Shown: piece by piece, positions 18,958-28,569 of the stretch | How positions within the stretch are numbered: the stretch's first letter is position 1 | Layout of the letters: the number at the start of each line of letters is the position of its first letter | DNA from: an uncultured Schaedlerella sp. | Lineage (GTDB): Bacteria; Bacillota; Clostridia; Lachnospirales; Lachnospiraceae | Length of the DNA: 64,000 nucleotides | Reading direction: 5' to 3' | Assembly (NCBI GenBank): GCA_963559385.1 | Contig: CAUWKK010000003.1 | Location: forward strand, 29,958 to 93,957 | Made by a program: the position numbers and the translations under genes | Notes under the pieces: generated by a model | What the model was told of the DNA's origin: nothing | The model's input: the letters and a program-made list of their open reading frames with translations, nothing else | Database searches by the model: none

Positions 18958-20493
18958 ATGTCAGATAATGATTTTATTATAGTTGATTCCGAGGAAAAGG
19001 AGAATGCCGATTCCGGGGAGAAAAAAACAATTGATTTCAGAGAAGTGAATGCAGACGGCGGGAGAGAAGATATATCTTCGGAAGAAAATATAAATGAGGC
19101 AGAAAAAGCCGAGGTGGTTCCGGCAGAGACAAAAGAGGATACGGATTCCGATGAATATGAAAAGGTTTGTGTTTTATGCCACCGCCCGGAAAGCGCTGCG
19201 GGAAAAATGGTAGAATTACCAAATAATATTACGGTCTGCAAGGATTGTATGCAGAGAAGCTTTGATGCAATGAACAATATGCCGATTGACTTCAGCAAAA
19301 TGATGAATATACCGGGAGTACAATTTTTGAATCTGTCAGATCTGGAAAACAGTATTCCGAAAAGTCAGAAGATCAAAAAGAAGAAAAAGAAAGAAAATAA
19401 ACCGGTGAAAAAGCTGACGCTGAAAGATATTCCGGCACCGCATAAGATCAAAGCACAATTGGATGAATATGTTGTAGGACAGGAGTATGCGAAGAAAGCG
19501 ATGTCGGTTGCCGTTTATAACCATTACAAACGTGTACTTACAAATTCGGTAGACGAAATTGAGATTGAAAAATCAAATATGCTGATGATCGGACCGACCG
19601 GAAGCGGTAAGACCTATCTGGTAAAGACATTGGCAAAGCTTTTGGACGTGCCGCTTGCGATTACAGACGCAACTTCTCTGACAGAGGCAGGGTACATAGG
19701 AGATGATATCGAAAGTGTTGTTTCTAAACTGCTTGCCGCTGCGGACAATGATGTGGAACGTGCGGAACAGGGCATTATTTTCATCGATGAAATCGATAAG
19801 ATCGCAAAGAAACGGAATTCCAGTCAAAGGGATGTCAGCGGAGAATCGGTTCAGCAGGGAATGCTGAAATTATTAGAAGGCAGTGAGGTGGAGGTTCCGG
19901 TCGGAGCCAACAGTAAGAATGCGATGGTTCCGTTGACAACGGTCAATACGAAAAATATTTTGTTTATCTGCGGGGGGGCATTCCCGGATTTGGAAGGCAT
20001 TATCAAGGAAAGGCTGACAAATAAGGCGTCCATGGGCTTTAATGCAGAGCTGAAAGATAAATTTGACAATGACAAAGATATTATAAGCAAGGTGACTGTT
20101 GAAGATTTGCGGAATTTTGGTATGATTCCGGAGTTTATCGGACGGCTGCCGATCATCTTTACACTAAAGGGACTGGATAAAGATATGTTGGTAGAAATTC
20201 TGAAAGAACCTAAAAATGCAATTTTGAAACAGTATCAAAAGCTTCTGGCATTGGATGAGGTAAATCTGATGTTTGACGACGGCGCCTTGGAAGCCATTGC
20301 GGAAAAGGCAATGGAGAAAGATACCGGTGCGAGAGCGCTTCGTGCGATTATAGAGGAGTTTATGTTGGACATCATGTATGAAATCCCGAAAGATGACAAC
20401 ATCGGACAAGTCACGATCACGAGAGAATATATTGAGGGAACCGGAGGCCCGGTCATCGAGTTGCGAGGACAGAGCGTACCACTTTTGTCGTAA
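18958..20493 (+). CDS. clpX: ClpX-like AAA+ unfoldase with an atypical acidic N-terminal extension
   Basis: C4 zinc-binding region CVLCH...CKDC, LDEYVVGQEYAKKAMSVAVYNHYKR, Walker A GPTGSGKT, Walker B IIFIDEIDK, MGF loop. About 68 acidic residues precede the Zn domain and a K-rich linker follows it. Confidence 0.88.
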   Translation: MSDNDFIIVDSEEKENADSGEKKTIDFREVNADGGREDISSEENINEAEKAEVVPAETKEDTDSDEYEKVCVLCHRPESAAGKMVELPNNITVCKDCMQRSFDAMNNMPIDFSKMMNIPGVQFLNLSDLENSIPKSQKIKKKKKKENKPVKKLTLKDIPAPHKIKAQLDEYVVGQEYAKKAMSVAVYNHYKRVLTNSVDEIEIEKSNMLMIGPTGSGKTYLVKTLAKLLDVPLAITDATSLTEAGYIGDDIESVVSKLLAAADNDVERAEQGIIFIDEIDKIAKKRNSSQRDVSGESVQQGMLKLLEGSEVEVPVGANSKNAMVPLTTVNTKNILFICGGAFPDLEGIIKERLTNKASMGFNAELKDKFDNDKDIISKVTVEDLRNFGMIPEFIGRLPIIFTLKGLDKDMLVEILKEPKNAILKQYQKLLALDEVNLMFDDGALEAIAEKAMEKDTGARALRAIIEEFMLDIMYEIPKDDNIGQVTITREYIEGTGGPVIELRGQSVPLLS

Positions 20494-20507
20494 CCGAAAA
20501 AATCATG

Positions 20508-20557
20508 AAAAACCGAAAGGAATCCTTTATGAAAGGGGCTTTCGGTTTTTCTTTTTA
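20508..20557. terminator. Bidirectional terminator between the clpX-like gene and the S8 peptidase gene
   Basis: 12-bp perfect stem AAAAACCGAAAG / CTTTCGGTTTTT, flanked by A and T runs. Confidence 0.85.
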
Positions 20558-20572
20558 GAAAAATTGCCAAAC

Positions 20573-22279
20573 CTAAAGCTGACGGATCTCTTCAAAGGTA
20601 TTGTACACGTTTAGCTGCCCATATCCCCATTCTCGATTGGGAAAGTTCATGTTTGGAGTTCGGACGGCGCCCAGTATCAAAAGGCTTTTAATTTGAAAAG
20701 AGTCGATCGCCGGATAGCCGAGCTGCCCGATGATCCATTCCAGAAGCAGGGCGACGGCGCCGGAGGTGATGGCGGAAGAAATGCTTGCGCCGGAACGCAC
20801 GGCATAGCGTTCGTTTGGGAGCACTCCCTTTACATCGATACCGGGGGCGGTTAAAGAAGGCTCTGTTTCCTCATCTCTTCCGAAACCGCGCCCGGAGGCA
20901 AGCGCCACGGCATTGGTATTGCCGTCATAATAGGAGACGGTGATCGGGCTGTCGGCATCCCCCGGGTTGGTAATCGTATAATATGGATTTGAGTTGAGGA
21001 AAAATACTTCTCCGTCGATAAATTCCGTAACCGGAAGCCAGATGTGGTATCGTCCGTCGATAATGCGGACAGGTTCTACATTGACTTTCCAGATACCGGC
21101 AGACGGAGAGGCAAACCGGAAGAAAATCAATTCCGAATTTTCTTTTTCAACAATCAGCCGATAGTCGATCGTTACCTGTGTACGTTCAAACAGAAAATCA
21201 AAGGTGGTGCTTGCGTTTGCCCGGATCGGAATGCGGGAGGTATTTTCTCCTGAGGGAGAGGTGAGGGAAATGGATAGAATATTGGGAATAGAAGTCCACA
21301 GTTCCATGGTAAAACCGGAAACATTTTTGCCGACACGGATTTCTACGGTCTGAGTTGTGTTGTTGTCCGGGATTTCGTTATAAAAGTGGTGTCGTTTATC
21401 AGATTCATTTCCGGTTCCGATTACCGGAATATGATTTGCCATAGCGCCGTAAGCATTCAGAACTTGCGGAAGCGGGAGTGCGCCGACATGTCCTCCGGCA
21501 TTGGTACCTACACTGATACAGTATACGAGCGGCATATTTAAACGGGCTGCCAAAAGGGAGAGGTATTGAAGACCGAGCAAAATGTCATTTTCTTGATAGC
21601 ATACGGCACTTTCGGGAATGAAATAGTAATCCCGCAAGTATTGCTTTGCCTGTTTTAATTTTACAACAGCGATTGCTGCATCCGGTGCTGCGCCCAAAAA
21701 TGCTTCGGCCGGATTGCCGCTTCCGGCAGCCAGACTTGCAGTAAAGGTTCCGTGTCCGTCGGTGTCTGTGGATGGAACAAAAGTCAAAGGATCATCTGAA
21801 TTTAAGGCTTCATTGATCATTTCCTGTGTATATTCACTACCATAGGCAAATGGAGCCGGAGGGGTTCCATCTTGAATCGTTTGGTCCCAGATTCCCACAA
21901 TGCGTGTGGTTCCGTCCAGATTGCGGAAGATCGGATTCTGATAGTCAATTCCGCTGTCTAAAAAGCCGATCAAGACACCTTTTCCGGTCAATTGGAGTGT
22001 CGGGTAGGATTGGAGCGGCAAGATTCCTGTTTGATTCATTGTCTCCATGCTGGTTGGAGTGTAGCATTTCGGAATGGAATTATAGCTGAATTTTTCTAAG
22101 GTAACCGGAGCAATCTGAAGACGAGAAAGGTAGACGCATTTGTATTCAAATCCGGCGAGCTGTTCGCAGGCATTGTCCAGAGGAATACCGGATAAAAATG
22201 GGGTACGGATTTCATTTACGATAAAATCAAAGTAGTCTTCGGATAAAATACGTTCTTTACATATTTGGGAATTTAGCAT
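20573..22279 (-). CDS. S8-family (subtilisin-like) serine peptidase with no obvious signal peptide
   Basis: Asp region GFLDSGID, His region DGHGT, Ser region SGASISSA. Start set at Met 22279 (MLNSQ...), because the longer ORF runs into the divergent promoter region. Confidence 0.85.
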   Translation of the reverse strand: MLNSQICKERILSEDYFDFIVNEIRTPFLSGIPLDNACEQLAGFEYKCVYLSRLQIAPVTLEKFSYNSIPKCYTPTSMETMNQTGILPLQSYPTLQLTGKGVLIGFLDSGIDYQNPIFRNLDGTTRIVGIWDQTIQDGTPPAPFAYGSEYTQEMINEALNSDDPLTFVPSTDTDGHGTFTASLAAGSGNPAEAFLGAAPDAAIAVVKLKQAKQYLRDYYFIPESAVCYQENDILLGLQYLSLLAARLNMPLVYCISVGTNAGGHVGALPLPQVLNAYGAMANHIPVIGTGNESDKRHHFYNEIPDNNTTQTVEIRVGKNVSGFTMELWTSIPNILSISLTSPSGENTSRIPIRANASTTFDFLFERTQVTIDYRLIVEKENSELIFFRFASPSAGIWKVNVEPVRIIDGRYHIWLPVTEFIDGEVFFLNSNPYYTITNPGDADSPITVSYYDGNTNAVALASGRGFGRDEETEPSLTAPGIDVKGVLPNERYAVRSGASISSAITSGAVALLLEWIIGQLGYPAIDSFQIKSLLILGAVRTPNMNFPNREWGYGQLNVYNTFEEIRQL

Positions 22280-22434
22280 AAATATAAATTGCCTTTTTTC
22301 TTTCAATATATGTATGTTATCGGGAAAAAAGTATAATCTATAAAATAAACATAAACTGAGCAGGAAATTCTTTGAACTCAGAAAAGAATATGATAAAATA
22401 TTAATAGAATTTATCACGAAGGGAGATTTTAGAT

Positions 22435-23052
22435 ATGGGAACATTTTGGGAAGATCTTGGAAAGAAATTTGGCGAAACAGCAGAAACAGTGACAAATAAA
22501 GCCGGAGAAGTTGTGGAAGTTCAGAAATTAAAGAATCAGATCAGAGCCTTGGAAAGAGGAAATGAAAGTGATTTTGTCGATTTGGGACGTATGGTATATG
22601 CGCAGTTTAAAAACGGTGTGGATATGAGTGTGGAAGCATCGGGGTTGTGCGAGGCGATCCAAAGCAGGGAAGAAAGCATCGGAGAATATGAAAAGCAGAT
22701 TATTGATGTGAGAGGTGAATTTTCCTGCTCAAGCTGTGGAAAAACAGTGGCAAAGGGAATGTTTTACTGCCCGTATTGCGGAGAAAAAACACCGGAGGAT
22801 TTGAAAGAGAAGGCGAAAGAGTATACCACAGAGTTGAAAGAGAAAGCTGTTGATGCAGCGGAGACCCTTGCGGAAAAGGCGGCAGAGACAGCAGAAAAAG
22901 TGGGAGAGGCAGCAGGAAAGGCGGCTGACAAAGCCGGAGAATGGGCGGAAAAAGCAGGTGATCTGGCAGATAAGGCGGCAGAAAAGGTAGAAGAAGCAAC
23001 AGAGAAAGCTGTGGATAAGCTGAAAGAAAAAACAGAAGAGAACGATAATTAA
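22435..23052 (+). CDS. Zinc-ribbon protein with an alanine/lysine/glutamate-rich repetitive tail
   Basis: CSSCGK...YCPYCG zinc ribbon. The C-terminal ~90 aa are AEKA/ADKA-type amphipathic repeats. Confidence 0.7.
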   Translation: MGTFWEDLGKKFGETAETVTNKAGEVVEVQKLKNQIRALERGNESDFVDLGRMVYAQFKNGVDMSVEASGLCEAIQSREESIGEYEKQIIDVRGEFSCSSCGKTVAKGMFYCPYCGEKTPEDLKEKAKEYTTELKEKAVDAAETLAEKAAETAEKVGEAAGKAADKAGEWAEKAGDLADKAAEKVEEATEKAVDKLKEKTEENDN

Positions 23053-23074
23053 ATCATAGAAAACGAGGAATAAC

Positions 23075-23545
23075 ATGGGGATTCTGGTTTTGATAGGCAT
23101 GACACTTTGTCTGACCCTGGCGGATATTGCAATGAAGTCTACCATTGAAGGCTATATGACCTGCAAAGAAGAACGGACAGCCTGTAAAGGAAAGGTGATC
23201 CTCAGAAAGGTTTATAATAAAGGGTTTAGTTTTCATTTGTTAGAAACAAAGCAGGAAATCGTAAAGTATGGTTCTGCAATAGTGACAATGCTTTTGACGA
23301 TCTGGCAGTTGATCACATTGCTGAGGAAAAAGCAGTATTTAAAAAAGTGGGGATTGTCATTGATGACCGCAGGCGCGTGGAGCAACACATTTGACCGTTG
23401 GTTCCGCGGGTATGTGATAGATTATGTGGGATTTCAGACAAAGTGGAAAAAACTGACAAGGCTTACATTTAACCTGGCAGATTTTCTGATCGGAGCAGGT
23501 GGATTATTGATAATGCTGTCAGCAATATTTAAAAAGAAAAAATGA
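23075..23545 (+). CDS. lspA: Lipoprotein signal peptidase (signal peptidase II)
   Basis: YNKGFSF (NxGxAF-like), AGAWSNTFDR, VIDY and FNLADF motifs in a four-TM protein. Confidence 0.85.
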   Translation: MGILVLIGMTLCLTLADIAMKSTIEGYMTCKEERTACKGKVILRKVYNKGFSFHLLETKQEIVKYGSAIVTMLLTIWQLITLLRKKQYLKKWGLSLMTAGAWSNTFDRWFRGYVIDYVGFQTKWKKLTRLTFNLADFLIGAGGLLIMLSAIFKKKK

Positions 23546-23553
23546 GCATTAAG

Positions 23554-23604
23554 AAAAAGCATAGACGCCGGGGCATGAGGTACATTCCGACGTCTATGCT
23601 TTTT
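23554..23604. terminator. Bidirectional terminator between lspA and the dehydrogenase gene
   Basis: AAAAAGCATAGACG ... CGTCTATGCTTTTT. Confidence 0.85.
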
Positions 23605-23646
23605 ATAGGGGCTGTAATGCGAGAGTATTTGAAATACACGCTTGTT

Positions 23647-24582
23647 TCATATCTTAAAAAACTCCTTAATCTGTTCTTTAACGATTTGGATCAACCGTGT
23701 GCGGGCCTCTACACTTGCCCATGCAATATGCGGCGTGATGAGAAGATTATCGTAATCCAGTACATCAACGAGAGGACTGTCCTTGGACATAGGCTCTACG
23801 GTCAGAACGTCCAGACCGGCTGCGGCAATTCGGTGTTCCTTTAGCGCTTTGGCAAGCGCAGCTTCGTCAATGATCGGACCGCGTCCTGCGTTTAAGAGAA
23901 TTGCGTGAGCCTGCATTTTTTCAAGCGTTTTTTCATTAATCAATCCTTCTGTATGTTCGTTAAGCGGCGCATGGATAGAAAGAATATCCGAGGTCTTCAG
24001 CAGAGTATCCAGATCGACCTGCCGGTAGCCTTTCTGCGGAGTAGCGCCGGAAGCAGAATAATAGATAACATTTGCGCCAAAAAGAGAGGCAATATCAGCC
24101 ACTCGTCTGCCGATTGCACCCAGTCCGATAATTCCCCAAGTCATTCCATTGATCTGGCGGAATCTCTTGTCAAAATGCGTAAATAAGGTATCGTTTAAAT
24201 AATGCTTTTCTTTCACATAGTCGTCATAATATCGAAGATGTTCCAACAGATATAACAGCATAGCGAATGTGTGCTGGGCAACGGATTCTGTAGAATATCC
24301 GGCTACATTGCGCCAAGCAATCTTTCTTTTACTGAGATAGGCTTTGTCCAGATTGTTTGTCCCGGTTGCCGTAACACAAACAAGCTTTAAATGCTTGGCA
24401 GAGCCTATGGTTTGTTCATTAATGGGCACTTTATTGACGATAATAACGTCTGCGTCTTTGATACGTGACGGTGCTTCCTCCGGTGTGGTAAAAGAATATT
24501 CGTCCACATCTCCGAGTGCGTAAAAAGGGGTAAGATCAATATCATCCCCGATAGATTTTCTGTCAAGAAATACGAGTTTCAC
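23647..24582 (-). CDS. D-isomer-specific 2-hydroxyacid dehydrogenase (glycerate/hydroxypyruvate reductase-like)
   Basis: NAD fold GIIGLGAIGRRVA and catalytic region NAGRGPIIDE...PHIAW. Confidence 0.9.
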   Translation of the reverse strand: MKLVFLDRKSIGDDIDLTPFYALGDVDEYSFTTPEEAPSRIKDADVIIVNKVPINEQTIGSAKHLKLVCVTATGTNNLDKAYLSKRKIAWRNVAGYSTESVAQHTFAMLLYLLEHLRYYDDYVKEKHYLNDTLFTHFDKRFRQINGMTWGIIGLGAIGRRVADIASLFGANVIYYSASGATPQKGYRQVDLDTLLKTSDILSIHAPLNEHTEGLINEKTLEKMQAHAILLNAGRGPIIDEAALAKALKEHRIAAAGLDVLTVEPMSKDSPLVDVLDYDNLLITPHIAWASVEARTRLIQIVKEQIKEFFKI

Positions 24583-24696
24583 AGTAAGACCTCCTGCTTG
24601 TTTTTTGCTTTCCTTGCTTTACAATAATTTTATTATATAGTATTCTGGGAAAGGAAACAAGAGGGCTTTGAAAAGGGCAGAAGACAGAAAAGTAAG

Positions 24697-25542
24697 GTGA
24701 AAAGAATGATACAGGATATTGAACCACATCGATATGACAATACATATAAGCCGGAACCGCCTTCCGGCGAGAGTATAGCTCTTTATTATGAGGCGGGGAA
24801 ATGTCTGATCAATTTGAGTGAGGAAGGAATTCGGTTTCCGACATTTGCCGAATTGGAAACATCGAATCCGGAAATATATAAAAGCTCCACGTATTTATTT
24901 TCGATAGATGAAAAAAGATATTATCTGGCGGCGGAGTTGAATTTGGATACATTGGAGAAATTTATGTTGGAAAATATAGACATTTTTCGAAGAGAAGCAC
25001 CGCGGTACTGTGCATTTGCGGGGATTACCGGATATCAGCTGTATCGCTGGTATGAGAGTCGTCGCTTTTGTGGAAAATGCGGTTCCAAGACCGGACCGGA
25101 TAAAAGGGAGCGGATGCTGTACTGTGAAAAGTGTGGGAATATGGAGTATCCTAAGATCTGTCCGGCGGTTATTATCGGGGTGACAGACGGGAATCGGATT
25201 CTTATGTCGAAGTATGCCGGGAGAACCTATAAAAAATATGCGCTGCTCGCGGGGTTTGTAGAAATCGGAGAGACGGCGGAGGAAACGGTAAAGCGGGAGG
25301 TAATGGAAGAGGTTGGATTAAAGGTAAAGAATATTCGTTATTATAAAAGCCAGCCGTGGTCATTTACAGATACGTTGCTGCTTGGCTTCTACTGCGAACT
25401 GGATGGAGACGATAAAATTGTGTTGGATAAAGAGGAACTGGCACTGGCAGAATGGTTCGAGCGGGAGGATATCCCGGATGTGACTTCCCATGAGAGTCTG
25501 ACTAATGAAATGATGATGAAATTTAAGTATGAAGAGGTATAA
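24697..25542 (+). CDS. nudC: NAD+ diphosphatase (NUDIX, NudC type)
   Basis: Zinc ribbon CGKCGS...CEKCGN followed by Nudix box GFVEIGETAEETVKREVMEEVGL and SQPW. Confidence 0.88.
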   Translation: MKRMIQDIEPHRYDNTYKPEPPSGESIALYYEAGKCLINLSEEGIRFPTFAELETSNPEIYKSSTYLFSIDEKRYYLAAELNLDTLEKFMLENIDIFRREAPRYCAFAGITGYQLYRWYESRRFCGKCGSKTGPDKRERMLYCEKCGNMEYPKICPAVIIGVTDGNRILMSKYAGRTYKKYALLAGFVEIGETAEETVKREVMEEVGLKVKNIRYYKSQPWSFTDTLLLGFYCELDGDDKIVLDKEELALAEWFEREDIPDVTSHESLTNEMMMKFKYEEV

Positions 25543-25607
25543 AGCAATATTGTAAAATCTTATAAGATAGAGTAAAATAATAATAGATTTCGTAAGATTA
25601 GGAGGAA

Positions 25608-26036
25608 TTGATGATGAGAGCAGAATTTGATGATTCTTTGGTAACAGGAAATGAAATGATTGATTCTCAGCATAAAGAGTTGATCGGTAAAATCAATGGT
25701 CTGTTGGAGAGCTGTGAACTTGGAAAGGATAAAATCGCAGCAGTTAAGACATTGGAATATCTGGCTGATTACACAGAGTTCCATTTTGGAGAAGAGGAAA
25801 AGCTACAGGAAGAGATTGCGTATCCGGGAATCAAGGAGCATAAGGCAGAACATAAGAAGCTGATACAGGTTGTAGAAGAATTACATGAGATGCTGGAAGA
25901 GGAAGAGGGACCGACGGATGCATTTGTCGCACAGGTCAATGAAAATGTCATTCAGTGGTTGTACAGACATATCAAGGGATTTGACCGTTCTGTTGCAGAA
26001 TATAAAAATATGCGCGGAAACAGTGAGATGCTGTAA
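25608..26036 (+). CDS. Bacteriohemerythrin-like metal-binding protein
   Basis: Spaced His/Glu ligands (IDSQHKELI, FHFGEEE, EHKAEHKKL, RHIKGFD). Confidence 0.88.
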   Translation: MMMRAEFDDSLVTGNEMIDSQHKELIGKINGLLESCELGKDKIAAVKTLEYLADYTEFHFGEEEKLQEEIAYPGIKEHKAEHKKLIQVVEELHEMLEEEEGPTDAFVAQVNENVIQWLYRHIKGFDRSVAEYKNMRGNSEML

Positions 26037-26092
26037 TTCATTTCATATTTTTTGTTGACAAAAGCCGGAAAATAAAATAGACTGGATAAAGG

Positions 26093-26143
26093 AAAGAGCA
26101 TTTGCGAATTATATCTATTATATATAATTGGTAAGTGCTCTTT
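26093..26143 (+). terminator. Long interrupted hairpin after the hemerythrin gene
   Basis: AAAGAGCA (26093-26100) pairs with TGCTCTTT (26136-26143). Inner arms AATTATAT / ATATAATT. Followed by GTTTGTTTG. Confidence 0.5.
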
Positions 26144-26192
26144 GTTTGTTTGTAAAAATGATAATGGTTGTGTTTAGTTACAGAAAGAAGGC

Positions 26193-27053
26193 TTGAAAAT
26201 GAAGAAAATGAATTGGAAACGGCTTGCATATGATTTGATGATCGATATTGTTGCGGGGGTACTGATCGGTGTGGGGGTATATAACTTTGCTGCAAATTCA
26301 GAATTTCCGCTTGCGGGAGTATCCGGAATTGCATTGATTTTTTACCGGTTAGTTGGGATACCGATCGGTCTGGGAAGTATTCTGCTGAATATTCCGATCA
26401 TACTCGGATGCTATAAAACGCTGGGGAAAGAGTTCTTCGTACGTTCTATGCGTTCACTTTTGATCACCTCTGTTTTGACGGATTACATTGCGCCTTTGTT
26501 TCCGGTATATTCCGGAGACCGGATGCTGGCTGCTATTTGTACCGGAATTATTTCCGGATTGGGGTATGCATTGATATTTATGAATAACTCGTCCACAGCA
26601 GGAATGGACTTTGTGTCAGTGGCGATCCAGACGAAAAAGCCGCATATTTCTTTAGGCAAGATTGTATTTGTACTGGATTTTATTATTGTATTGCTTGGCG
26701 GGTTTATCTTTAAAGATGTCGATGCAACGATTTATGGTTTGATCATTACATTTCTGCTGACCTATGTGATTGATAAAGTAATGTATGGCATTAATGCCGG
26801 TAAAATGACGTTTATCATCACAGAAAACGGACAGGCTGTAGTGGATGTGATCGATCGTTATATTGAACGCGGGGCGACAATCCTTCACGGACACGGAAGC
26901 TATACCAAGCAGGATAAGGAGATTGTGATGTGTGCCTGCAATAATAAGCAGATGTACATTATTAAGAAAATGATCAAGGAAGTGGACGAGAAAGCGTTTA
27001 TTGTTGTGATGGAATCGAATGAGGTGGTAGGAGAAGGGTTTAAAGAACAATAG
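26193..27053 (+). CDS. YitT-family membrane protein (DUF2179 C-terminal domain)
   Basis: Five TM helices plus a C-terminal soluble domain (ATILHGHGSYT...IVVMESNEVVGEGF). ATG at 26199 is an alternative start. Confidence 0.85.
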   Translation: MKMKKMNWKRLAYDLMIDIVAGVLIGVGVYNFAANSEFPLAGVSGIALIFYRLVGIPIGLGSILLNIPIILGCYKTLGKEFFVRSMRSLLITSVLTDYIAPLFPVYSGDRMLAAICTGIISGLGYALIFMNNSSTAGMDFVSVAIQTKKPHISLGKIVFVLDFIIVLLGGFIFKDVDATIYGLIITFLLTYVIDKVMYGINAGKMTFIITENGQAVVDVIDRYIERGATILHGHGSYTKQDKEIVMCACNNKQMYIIKKMIKEVDEKAFIVVMESNEVVGEGFKEQ

Positions 27054-27057
27054 AACA

Positions 27058-27100
27058 CTCCGCCAGATGACAATTAATATGTGATCTGGCGGAGATTTTT
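27058..27100. terminator. Bidirectional terminator between the yitT-like gene and pyrC
   Basis: 11-bp perfect stem CTCCGCCAGAT / ATCTGGCGGAG followed by ATTTTT. Confidence 0.88.
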
Positions 27101-28370
27101 AATCTTTGTATACTAGTTTTCCGCGACAAATGGTGTATTTTACTTTTCCGTAAAGTTCCTTTCCGGTAAACGGAGAATTACAGGATTTGGAAATGTATTC
27201 TGTCGGTGTCCAGCATTCATTCGGATTGAAAATGACCAGATCTGCCGGAGCATTTTCTTCAATTCTTCCGTATGGCAAGTGGTACAGTTCTGCCGGATTG
27301 ATGGTCATTTTTTCAAGCAGCTCCATTAAGGTCAGGTATCCCGGACGTACAAGGGAAGTGATACCAAGAGCAAGGGAAGTTTCTAAACCGATAATTCCGC
27401 TTGGAGCTTCCGGGAGTGGTTTTTCCTTTTCTTCTATGCTGTGAGGCGCATGATCCGTAGCGATCAAGTCTATGGTTCCGTCTTTTAATCCTTCAATGAT
27501 CGCCATGCGGTCGGTTTCGGTACGGAGCGGTGGATTCATTTTTGCCAGAGTGCCGTGTTCTAATACTGCATCTTCTGTCAATGTGAAATGATGTGGTGTT
27601 GCCTCTGCGTGTAGTTTGGCACCGCATGATTTAAACATGCGTACCAAATCTACAGAAGTTCCGGAGCTGATATGCTGGATGACAACATCTGCGCCGGAAC
27701 GGAGCGCCAGCATACAGTCGCGGGCAACCAGAGATTCTTCTGCAATGGAAGGAGAACCGTAGATACCACATTTTTCTGAAACAACACCATGATTGATCCC
27801 GTTGTTTTTGATGAATGCCGGGTCTTCCTCGTGAAGACTGATCGGCATATCCAGTTCAGCGGCTTTTTGCATTGCATTGAAACAGAAAGCGGCATTTTTG
27901 AGAGGAATCCCATCGTCTGTAAATCCACAGGCGCCGGCAGCCTTTAGTTCTTGCATATCGGTCATTTCTTCGCCTTTGAGAGAATGGGAAATTGCTGCTG
28001 CCTGAAAGATGCGGACGTCTTCTTTTTTTGCACGGGTTAAAATGTCACTTAACACAGGTACGGAGTCTACAGCCGGGGATGTATTTGCCATGCAGATGAC
28101 AGAGGTAACTCCGCCTTTTGCTGCTGCAAGAGAGCCGGTGTGCAGATCTTCTTTATAAGTAAATCCCGGGTCACGGAAATGAATATGTGTATCAATTAAT
28201 CCGGGAGCAACAATCAGCCCGTCTGCATTGATGATAGGTTTATCGGCATATTCCGGTTTTGCAGACAGGTTCTCTGCAATCTCTTGTATAATTCCTTCTT
28301 CTATATAAATATCAGCTTTTTTTGTTGTATTAGTTTTAGGGTCGATGATGGTTCCGTTTTTGATAAGCAT
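27099..28370 (-). CDS. pyrC: Dihydroorotase
   Basis: PGLIDTHIHFRDPG metal site and ATDHAPH. Start at 28370 (MLIKNGTIIDP) behind AGGAGGG. Confidence 0.92.
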   Translation of the reverse strand: MLIKNGTIIDPKTNTTKKADIYIEEGIIQEIAENLSAKPEYADKPIINADGLIVAPGLIDTHIHFRDPGFTYKEDLHTGSLAAAKGGVTSVICMANTSPAVDSVPVLSDILTRAKKEDVRIFQAAAISHSLKGEEMTDMQELKAAGACGFTDDGIPLKNAAFCFNAMQKAAELDMPISLHEEDPAFIKNNGINHGVVSEKCGIYGSPSIAEESLVARDCMLALRSGADVVIQHISSGTSVDLVRMFKSCGAKLHAEATPHHFTLTEDAVLEHGTLAKMNPPLRTETDRMAIIEGLKDGTIDLIATDHAPHSIEEKEKPLPEAPSGIIGLETSLALGITSLVRPGYLTLMELLEKMTINPAELYHLPYGRIEENAPADLVIFNPNECWTPTEYISKSCNSPFTGKELYGKVKYTICRGKLVYKD

Positions 28371-28531
28371 GGTAAGCCCTCCTGATATGGTAATGATTTG
28401 TAATTGTAAGTATAGCATATTTTGAAAAGAAAAGGCGATGAAAATAAAAAAACTCTATAAATCAGAGCCTTTTCTCTTAATGTATTCTTCTCCCAGTTTG
28501 TAACGGTATCACAGCATTGAGCAGATTCAAT

Positions 28532-28569
28532 GAGGGCAGGTGCCGCTCGAGTGAGTGACACCTGCCCTC
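28532..28569 (-). promoter_or_regulatory. Strong hairpin between the nhaC-like stop and pyrC, either a terminator without a T tract or a pyr-leader element
   Basis: GAGGGCAGGTG / CACCTGCCCTC, an 11-bp perfect stem with a 16-nt loop containing CTCGAG. There is no U tract on either side. Confidence 0.4.

Noticed and set aside
22280-22495. A 72-codon upstream extension of the S8 peptidase ORF.
   Set aside because: The extension runs through the AT-rich divergent promoter region and overlaps the start of the gene at 22435. The internal Met at 22279 begins the conserved sequence.
25556-25567. The palindrome ATCTTATAAGAT after nudC, as a possible operator or terminator.
   Set aside because: It has no loop, so it cannot form a terminator hairpin. 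It is a single occurrence in AT-rich DNA, which is insufficient evidence for an operator.
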